Shown one piece after another: positions 21,263 to 28,463 of a DNA stretch of 64,000 nucleotides. This stretch comes from Candidatus Marinacidobacterales bacterium (GTDB lineage: Bacteria > Acidobacteriota > Vicinamibacteria > Marinacidobacterales > DATDRI01). The stretch covers positions 96,001 to 160,000 of the forward strand of contig OZ244742.1 in the NCBI GenBank assembly GCA_965219415.1, read 5' to 3'. Positions within the stretch are counted from its first letter, which is position 1; each line of letters starts with the position of its first letter. The position numbers and the translations under genes are program-made. The notes under the pieces are model-generated. The model was not told the DNA's origin and ran no database searches. It worked only from the letters and a program-made list of their open reading frames with translations.

Positions 21263-23667
21263 AGGTACCGGTCTACCTCGTCGATGAAAGCGGCACCCGC
21301 CGCCTGGAGCCTGACGAGTTTCCACTGGAGCTTCCCGGGAGGACCGGCGCCCAAACCGCAGCCCATATCGGATCTTCCGAGGGAGAGCTCTTCGTACAGC
21401 CGGCGAGCTCCGAGTTGCCTATCCTTTGCAACGGCACTCCACTGAAGACATCTCGGTGGCTACGGGATGGGGATGTCGTCCGGATCGGCAAGACGCAGGT
21501 CGTCGTGGAGCTCGGAAGCGAGGCAATTCACCTCCGCGTCGAGAAGTGGAAGGCGGAACAGAAAACCGATCCTCCGGTGCTCCCGCCGACCCAACGCGCC
21601 AGTCCCGGGATGTCCGATGTCTCCGGGACAGCCGTGAAGCCGATCACGTTCGAGCCAATCCTCGTTCGCCCCACGCGCCGGGAGCGAAGTCCCATCCGCA
21701 CGCGCGAGATAGTGCTATGGGTCTCTCTTGCTCTCTTGGCCGCGGTGGCTTATTTCGTCTTCACCGCGCGTTCGGTGCTGGTCGAGACCGAGCCCGCGGG
21801 AGCGCAAATCGAATTCCAAGGGACCTATTTCAAATTCGAGGTCGGCGGCCGACATCTACTCCGACAAGGTGAACACACCGTAGCCATCGAAAAGGAGGGC
21901 TATCGACGAGTCGAGACCAAGGTGACGGTCACCGATGAACGCAACCAACGCTGTCTCTTCGTCCTCGAGAAACGTCCCGGCATCCTCGTGCTATCGACGG
22001 TGCCGTCGGAAGGCGCGGTGGTGACGATAGACGGCGAAGAAATCGGCGTCACCCCGGTTGCGGAAATAGAGCTTTCCGCTGGAGAACACGAAGTGTTGGT
22101 CCGCGCCGAAAACCATAGAAATTTCTTGACGAACGTGAACATCGAAGGCGCGGGTACTACCGAGACGCTAGAGGTTGTGCTCGAGCCGCGCTGGGCCGAC
22201 GTCTCGTTCACGTCCCAGCCTCCGGGCGCAACGATTGAGGTCAGCGGCTTGAGGATCGGCAGTACGCCGTTCACGGCGAAACTCATGGAAGGCGCGCATG
22301 CCTTCACCATGAAGCTGAAAGGGCATAAGCCTTACCGGAGTCGAGTGGCAGTGGTCGCGGGTGAGGCGCAGACGCTTCCCACGGCTCGGCTCACCGTCGC
22401 GGATGGCCTGCTAATCGTCGAGAGCGACCCAACCGGCGCCACCGTGACCGTGGACGGCGTCTACGGCGGAGAGACACCGTTGACGGTCGACGTGAAGCCG
22501 GGCGTGATCCATGAGATCGAAGTGTCCCGAGTGGGCTACGAAACCGAGACGCAGCAGACCCGAGTCGAATCCGGGAGCGAGGAAACCTTGAGCATCGAGC
22601 TCGCACCTCTGCTCGGAGAATTGGCAGTGGTCAGCGACCCGCCGGATGCGGTGTTGTATGTGAATGGCGAGCAACGTGGCTCGGCCAATCAAACACTGAG
22701 CCTCGTCGCCCTGCCTCAAAAGATCGAAGTACGCAAGGAAGGCTATGAAGCCTTCGCCACCACGCTCACACCACGACCAGGCTTCCCGCAAACGATCGAG
22801 GTGATCCTGATGACGCTCGAAGAAGCAAAAGCGGCCTCGACGCCCGCCGTGATCACCACATCTGAAGGGCACCAGCTGCGTCTCATCCAGCCGGCGCGTT
22901 TCCGTATGGGAGCATCGAGACGTGAACCCGGGAGGCGGGCCAACGAGACCATCCGCGAGGTCGAGCTAACGCGGCGCTACTATCTTGCGGTGCAAGAAGT
23001 GACCAACCAACAGTTTCGTAGATTCGATTCGAAGCACCGTTCCGGACGCGTGGCGGGGTTGAACTTAGAGATCGACCACCATCCGGTGGTCCGTGTCACC
23101 TGGGTCGCCGCGGTACGGTACTGCAATTGGTTGAGCCAAAAGGAATCCTTACCTCCGGCCTACGCGACGAGTGGTGGGAAGCTCGTCGCCATGGTGCCGC
23201 CCACCGCGGGCTATCGGTTGCCGACAGAAGCCGAGTGGGTTCGCGTCGCGCGTTACCCGGAGGGTGAAGCGGGACGAAAGTACCCATGGGGCGACTCGCT
23301 GCCGGTGGCAGCCAACTCCGGCAACTATGCCGACGCCTCCGCACGCGGCTTGGTGCCGAAGACACTTCCACAGTACAACGACTCGTACCCCGCCACCGCT
23401 CCCGCAGAAGGCTTTGCGCCGAATCCGCTGGGGATTTTCAACTTGGGGGGAAACGTTGCGGAGTGGATGCACGACTTCTACACGATCGCTCCGTCCGGGG
23501 CGGGAGTAGAAAGCAACCCGCTGGGCCCCAAAGACGGCGAGCTCTATGCGATCCGTGGATCGAGCTGGATGGACGGCAGTGTTACCGAATTGCGCCTCAG
23601 CTATCGCGACTACGGCAACAAGCCTCGGCCCGATTTGGGCTTTAGAATAGCCCGGTACGCCGAATGA
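21259..23667 (+). CDS. FHA-like - TM - PEGA repeats - FGE/SUMF1-like domain protein
   Basis: N-terminal CNGTP...LRDGDVVRIG; TM; repeated S.P.GA.V.IDG...G.TP units; FRMGAS, EVTNQQF, YRLPTEAEW, GNVAEW, GFRIAR. Confidence 0.88.
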   Translation: MKVPVYLVDESGTRRLEPDEFPLELPGRTGAQTAAHIGSSEGELFVQPASSELPILCNGTPLKTSRWLRDGDVVRIGKTQVVVELGSEAIHLRVEKWKAEQKTDPPVLPPTQRASPGMSDVSGTAVKPITFEPILVRPTRRERSPIRTREIVLWVSLALLAAVAYFVFTARSVLVETEPAGAQIEFQGTYFKFEVGGRHLLRQGEHTVAIEKEGYRRVETKVTVTDERNQRCLFVLEKRPGILVLSTVPSEGAVVTIDGEEIGVTPVAEIELSAGEHEVLVRAENHRNFLTNVNIEGAGTTETLEVVLEPRWADVSFTSQPPGATIEVSGLRIGSTPFTAKLMEGAHAFTMKLKGHKPYRSRVAVVAGEAQTLPTARLTVADGLLIVESDPTGATVTVDGVYGGETPLTVDVKPGVIHEIEVSRVGYETETQQTRVESGSEETLSIELAPLLGELAVVSDPPDAVLYVNGEQRGSANQTLSLVALPQKIEVRKEGYEAFATTLTPRPGFPQTIEVILMTLEEAKAASTPAVITTSEGHQLRLIQPARFRMGASRREPGRRANETIREVELTRRYYLAVQEVTNQQFRRFDSKHRSGRVAGLNLEIDHHPVVRVTWVAAVRYCNWLSQKESLPPAYATSGGKLVAMVPPTAGYRLPTEAEWVRVARYPEGEAGRKYPWGDSLPVAANSGNYADASARGLVPKTLPQYNDSYPATAPAEGFAPNPLGIFNLGGNVAEWMHDFYTIAPSGAGVESNPLGPKDGELYAIRGSSWMDGSVTELRLSYRDYGNKPRPDLGFRIARYAE

Positions 23668-23717
23668 GACGATGGCACGTTGCAAACGTAAAGGTGCTAG
23701 GCGCGCGAACGGAGCCT

Positions 23718-23758
23718 TCGGCCGCTGCGCAGGGCGTACGCCCGAAGCGGCAGGCCGA
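23718..23758. repeat. GC-rich intra-operon hairpin
   Basis: TCGGCC-GCTGC-GCA-GGGCGTACGCCC-GAA-GCGGC-A-GGCCGA forms a nested inverted repeat. Confidence 0.5.
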
Positions 23759-23827
23759 GTCGCGAAGAGCGACGAGGCATTCAACAGAAGAGTGAGCGCG
23801 CATCAATACAGGAGAAGGGGAGCCACG

Positions 23828-24088
23828 ATGAGATACTTGCTCTACTCGATTCTGGCCACCGCGATCGCGGGTGGTGCGGTGATGGGCACCCAGGGGTCAC
23901 CCGCCTCCAGTCAGGGGTCGGAAGCCAAAGACGCAAAAGAACCGCCCGATGCCAAACAGGCAGCGGAACCCTCTTCACGAGAGAAGGAGTCTCAAACGGA
24001 AGCACAGCAAGAAAAAGAGCTGGAGCCCTTTACCCCTTCAGAGAAGGTCCCCGTCGATAGCGCTATCTCGTTCCCAGTCGATATCTGA
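23828..24088 (+). CDS. small exported protein with C-terminal ...PSEKVPVDSAISFPVDI
   Basis: SD GGAG; signal/TM MRYLLYSILATAIAGGA; disordered middle; ends 14 nt before the channel gene. Confidence 0.7.
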   Translation: MRYLLYSILATAIAGGAVMGTQGSPASSQGSEAKDAKEPPDAKQAAEPSSREKESQTEAQQEKELEPFTPSEKVPVDSAISFPVDI

Positions 24089-24102
24089 AAGGTGCTTGGC
24101 GA

Positions 24103-24900
24103 ATGAAGAAAGCATACCCAGTGGAGTTCGTGTTCCAGACGGTGTCGCTCATCGTCGCGATCATCATCGTCCATGCCATCTACGTTCTCGTCGTTCGTCC
24201 ACGAGCGGATTACATCCTGGCTGAACAACAGGCACTCATGGAGGCCGACGAAAACTATGTTCAGGAACGATCGGTCTTCGTGATCGTCCGCGACTTCGAG
24301 CAAGAATCTTGCTTTGTTTTGATGCTATGGGCGATGGCGATCATGTCGTACAAGGCGATGGACGCCGCACGCGAGAAACACCTGCTCGAGCTGGATTTGG
24401 TTCCGGTCGCGGAGGGGACCAAGATCTTGCCCGAAGATGCACGCGAGTATGCACGTCAGATCCAATCATTGCCGGATTCCCAACAACGCCTGCTGCTCCC
24501 ACGCGCCTTGCTTTCGGCGCTCGCCCGGTTCGGCGCCACGCGCAACATTCAAGACGTCTCAACCACGGCCCACGCCGTGGCCGAGGCGGAGTCGGAACGC
24601 TTGGACTCCGAGCTCTCGATGGTCCGCTACATCGCGTGGGCCATTCCGTCGATCGGATTCATAGGCACGGTCCGCGGTATCGGCGACGCCCTCGGACAGG
24701 CGCACAAGGCGGTTGAAGGTGACATCGCGGGTGTCACTCAAAGCCTGGGCGTCGCTTTCAATTCCACCTTTATCGCGCTCTTGATCAGCATCGTGCTCAT
24801 GTTTCTCCTGCACCAGCTGCAGCTCCAGCAGGAACGGCTGGTGGCCGACGCCGACACCTACCTCGACCATCACCTCATCCAACATCTTCAGGTTTCTTAG
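24103..24900 (+). CDS. MotA/TolQ/ExbB proton-channel family protein
   Basis: AIPSIGFIGTVRGIG and SLGVAFNSTFIAL match the two conserved C-terminal helices of the family. Confidence 0.9.
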   Translation: MKKAYPVEFVFQTVSLIVAIIIVHAIYVLVVRPRADYILAEQQALMEADENYVQERSVFVIVRDFEQESCFVLMLWAMAIMSYKAMDAAREKHLLELDLVPVAEGTKILPEDAREYARQIQSLPDSQQRLLLPRALLSALARFGATRNIQDVSTTAHAVAEAESERLDSELSMVRYIAWAIPSIGFIGTVRGIGDALGQAHKAVEGDIAGVTQSLGVAFNSTFIALLISIVLMFLLHQLQLQQERLVADADTYLDHHLIQHLQVS

Positions 24901-24905
24901 CCGAG

Positions 24906-26348
24906 ATGAGTGTCTTAGCTATAGAGCTCAACGACACCGGGATCGAAGCGGTGCGTGATTCCGATCCGGAAGCCGAGGTCATTGCTGCCAGTCCTGGTGT
25001 CGTCGTGTTGGATGGAGAAACCCTACTCACCGGACGCAAGGCGGCGAGCCGCGCCCGGTTGAAGCCCCGGTGGGCCTACGACCGATTTTGGGAAGAGCTG
25101 GATACCACACCGCTTCCTCGGCCGTTTCCGACAACCCTGCGTCGAGCCGATCTCGCTCACGCCCATCTAGAAGAAGTTTGGGAATCCACTCGAGAGCGAG
25201 CCGATGACGTAATGTTGGCAATTCCCGGATCCTTTTCACATGAACAGCTGGGGCTCGTCTTAGGAATCGCCCGCGCGTGCGGCATGCCGGTCGCGGGGAT
25301 GATCGATTCTTCGGTCGCTTCGTCGACACTCGTCGGTCAAGAGTCCAGCTTGGCACCGGTAGCCGTTCACCTCGATCTGCATCTGCATCGAACCGTGGCG
25401 ACTAGAGTCGAGCGCAATCATGAAGTGAAGCGGGCACGGATCGAGGTAAACGACGGTGTCGGCCTAATGGAGCTGCTCGATGCTTGGGTGAGACTCATCG
25501 CTCAGGTTTTTGTCCGCACCACTCGCTTCGACCCTCTCCATGGAGGCAAGAGCGAGCAAGCTCTCTACCTTCGTCTGCCGGTGTGGCTCGACGAGCTTCG
25601 ACAGAAAGACGAAGCCACTCTCACCATGAAGGGCGCGGGGAAGAATCACTCCATCGAGATCACGCGCGAGCAGATCATTGCCTGCGCCCAACCCTTCTAC
25701 GAAGTCTTCGCACAGCTGGCGAAGGCGTTGGAACCCGCCGGCCATTCGGCAACGCTGCTACTGCCGAAACGAATGACTGAGCTTCCCGGGCTCGAGGGCT
25801 TCCTGAGACTCGCGAACCCCGACCTGGTGGCTCTTCCAGGCGCAGCCGGCGCCAAGGGTGCCCTGAAGCTGGTAGGACATTTCCGTTCCGACAGAACTGG
25901 GGAGGAGCTACCTTTCGTCACCCAAATTGCGCTGAGCAGTGCATCTCCAGGCGGCCCAGAGTCCGAGGGCGGGACAGCGGCCCCTCCCGTCGAGGCTCCA
26001 GACGAAGAATCCAAAGTGCCAACCCACGTTCTATTTGAGGGACTCGCGCACCCCATCACGTCGGACCCTTTGGTCATCGGGTTAGCCGTGCCGGACGGAA
26101 GTCACGGCATCGACTTGGCCGAGCGAGGCGGGTCTTCCGCCGGTATTTCACGTTCCCACTGCAGTATCTATCGTGTCGAGGAACGAGTCTTGCTGGAGGA
26201 TCACAGCAGCTACGGCTCCTTTCTCAACGACAAACGGATCGAAACGAAGGCGATTCTCGCAGCGAGAGATCGGGTGAGAATCGGCACTCCCGGTGTCGAG
26301 CTGCACCTGATCGCCGTGGTGGATTCCGATGACGCGCCGCAGGATTAA
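24906..26348 (+). CDS. degenerate Hsp70/actin-like fold fused to a C-terminal FHA domain
   Basis: VLAIELND, LAIPGSFSHEQ...ARACGM...MIDSSVA and HLDLHLH parallel the DnaK NBD motifs; FHA motif ISRSHC...DHSSYGSFLN. Confidence 0.7.
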   Translation: MSVLAIELNDTGIEAVRDSDPEAEVIAASPGVVVLDGETLLTGRKAASRARLKPRWAYDRFWEELDTTPLPRPFPTTLRRADLAHAHLEEVWESTRERADDVMLAIPGSFSHEQLGLVLGIARACGMPVAGMIDSSVASSTLVGQESSLAPVAVHLDLHLHRTVATRVERNHEVKRARIEVNDGVGLMELLDAWVRLIAQVFVRTTRFDPLHGGKSEQALYLRLPVWLDELRQKDEATLTMKGAGKNHSIEITREQIIACAQPFYEVFAQLAKALEPAGHSATLLLPKRMTELPGLEGFLRLANPDLVALPGAAGAKGALKLVGHFRSDRTGEELPFVTQIALSSASPGGPESEGGTAAPPVEAPDEESKVPTHVLFEGLAHPITSDPLVIGLAVPDGSHGIDLAERGGSSAGISRSHCSIYRVEERVLLEDHSSYGSFLNDKRIETKAILAARDRVRIGTPGVELHLIAVVDSDDAPQD

Positions 26349-27420
26349 CGTACTGAGTCAGTCCTTCTTGGACGCCATGACCTGTGGCTTCGGTGCGGTG
26401 GTGCTGTTTTTCATGATCGTCAATGCCAGCTTCGGCAGGATCTCCGGGCGCATGACCGGGGAGCTCCAGGGCGAGGTCGACCGATTGGAAGAAGAAGTCC
26501 TCGAGGGCTACCAGAACCTCGTCGAGGTCAAGAACTCGCTTCGGGTGATCGAGGAGGAAACCGTCGTCACCGCCGGACTCTCTCGCCGCCTCATCGAAAC
26601 GCTCGAGGAGATCCGGGTCGAGCTTGCCACCTACCAAGACTCAACCGTCGCACAACGAGAGCACGTCAACCGTCTGAAAGCGGATTTGAAGTCTCTCGAG
26701 GAAGACGTCAAGCGACTGTCGGCGGCGGCTCCCAGCGAAGAGACTCCCGGCGATAAAATCCGGACGTTCGTCGGGGACGGAGATCGGCAATACCTCACTG
26801 GTCTCAAGGTGGGAGGCAGGCGGATTCTCTTCTTGGTGGATAGCTCCGCGAGCATGCTCGCCTCGACGATCGTCAACGTACTGCGACGCCGGAATCTGCC
26901 GGACCATGTCAAGATCCGCGCCGACAAGTGGCAACAAACGTTGGCCACCGCCGACTGGTTGACCACGCAGATTCCCCGCGAATCGAGCTTTCAGATCTAC
27001 ACTTTCAACACGCGTGTGAGCTCGGTGATCCCGGGCACGGACGGTGATTGGTTGGACGGCGGCGACCGAAAGGTACTCGACGACGCGGTGCAGCGTCTTC
27101 GCGGCGTGGTGCCGCAAGGCGGAACAAATCTGCATCAAGCACTTCAATCGATCCGGAACCTGCGGCCGGCGCCCGACAACATCATGTTGCTGCTGGACGG
27201 CCTCCCGACTCAGGGTCCAAAACCGTCCCGGCGGGGCACGATATCCGGTAAGGACCGCGTAAAGCTTTTCAACCAAGCGGTGAAAGAGATCCGATCGAAA
27301 GTACCGATGAACATCATCCTCTTCCCCATGGAGGGCGATCCGATGGCTGCTAGCGCCTACTGGAAGCTCGCTCTCGCAACCGGGGGCTCGTTCATGAGTC
27401 CTTCCCGGAACTGGCCGTAG
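26329..27420 (+). CDS. TM(Asp)-coiled-coil-vWA protein 1 (putative motor B subunit)
   Basis: Basic N-terminus, SFLDAMTCGFGAVVLFF, heptad region, MIDAS DSSAS...GGTN...LDGLP. Confidence 0.82.
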   Translation: MTRRRINVLSQSFLDAMTCGFGAVVLFFMIVNASFGRISGRMTGELQGEVDRLEEEVLEGYQNLVEVKNSLRVIEEETVVTAGLSRRLIETLEEIRVELATYQDSTVAQREHVNRLKADLKSLEEDVKRLSAAAPSEETPGDKIRTFVGDGDRQYLTGLKVGGRRILFLVDSSASMLASTIVNVLRRRNLPDHVKIRADKWQQTLATADWLTTQIPRESSFQIYTFNTRVSSVIPGTDGDWLDGGDRKVLDDAVQRLRGVVPQGGTNLHQALQSIRNLRPAPDNIMLLLDGLPTQGPKPSRRGTISGKDRVKLFNQAVKEIRSKVPMNIILFPMEGDPMAASAYWKLALATGGSFMSPSRNWP

Positions 27421-27422
27421 AG

Positions 27423-28436
27423 ATGAAGAAAAGAGCGAAGCGAGAAAGCGCCCTGACAGGGTTCAGCCTGTCGTTTCTGGATTGTATTTGCTGTGGATTC
27501 GGCGCCATCATCCTGCTGTTGGTATTAACGAAGATCGGTGAGCCACGAGCGCTCGAGGCGCTTCGGATCGATCTCGAAGGTCTGGTCGCTCGCCTTCAAG
27601 AAGAGCTCTACGAGATCCGTGGCGAGACGAACGTTCTGAATCGCGAGCTCGTCAGCAAGGAGGAGCAGATCTCCAAAGAACGGGTTCGGATCGCTCGCTT
27701 GCGAGGGGACTTCTCCAAGATTCGAGGGGAGTACGCGACGAGCAAAGAACTCTCGGAGATCAACGACATCGTCGAAGGTCGCCTGCTCGCCGCCCGGCAG
27801 GAGCTGAGCGAGGAGATGAAACGACTCCTCGGCCTCGCCCATCGACGCGACACGAAGGACGCCACGGTGGGAGGGATCCCTGTCGACAGCGAGTACGTCA
27901 TCTTCATCATCGATACATCGGGCAGCATGCACAACTACGCCTGGTCGATGGTCAATCGGAAGATGAAAGAGACGCTCGACATCTATCCCAAGGTGAAGGG
28001 TCTGCAGGTCATGAACGACATGGGCCAGCACATGTTCAGAAACTACGCCGGTAAATGGATTCCAGACACTCCGGGGAGGCGTCGCGTGATCCTCGACCGG
28101 CTCCGGACATGGTCTCCCTTTAGCAACAGCAGCCCGGTGGAAGGAATTACCCGTGCTATCAAGCGCTACGCCACCCCCGACAAGAAGATCAGCCTCTACG
28201 TCTTCGGTGACGAGTTCACCGGACGCTCCATCGACGATGTCGTCAGAACCGTCGATCGGATCAACAAAGAAGATTCGCAAGGAAATCGCTTGGTTCGAAT
28301 CCACGGCATCGGCTTCCCCGTGATGTTCTCTCAATCGGGATTTCCGGAGAACACCGGTGTGCGGTTCGCGACCTTGATGCGGGAGCTCTGTCGCCGCAAC
28401 GGAGGCGCTTTCGTCGGACTGAGCTGGCGCCGCTGA
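27423..28436 (+). CDS. TM(Asp)-coiled-coil-vWA protein 2 (putative motor B subunit)
   Basis: SFLDCICCGFGAIILLLVL, coiled coil, VIFIIDTSGSM, YVFGDEF. Confidence 0.82.
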   Translation: MKKRAKRESALTGFSLSFLDCICCGFGAIILLLVLTKIGEPRALEALRIDLEGLVARLQEELYEIRGETNVLNRELVSKEEQISKERVRIARLRGDFSKIRGEYATSKELSEINDIVEGRLLAARQELSEEMKRLLGLAHRRDTKDATVGGIPVDSEYVIFIIDTSGSMHNYAWSMVNRKMKETLDIYPKVKGLQVMNDMGQHMFRNYAGKWIPDTPGRRRVILDRLRTWSPFSNSSPVEGITRAIKRYATPDKKISLYVFGDEFTGRSIDDVVRTVDRINKEDSQGNRLVRIHGIGFPVMFSQSGFPENTGVRFATLMRELCRRNGGAFVGLSWRR

Positions 28437-28463
28437 GTAAAGCGATAGGGAGAGGACAAACCG

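Noticed and set aside
22860-23667. FGE/CLec domain as a DGR target, or an active formylglycine-generating enzyme
   Set aside because: No reverse transcriptase or template repeat was seen in the window, and the catalytic cysteines are absent.
24103-28436. Zorya (zorAB) or flagellar/Ton/Tol motor assignment
   Set aside because: The A subunit lacks ZorA's long tail, the B-like proteins carry vWA rather than OmpA/ExbD domains, and no zorCDE, tonB, tolAB-pal or flagellar genes are in the cluster.
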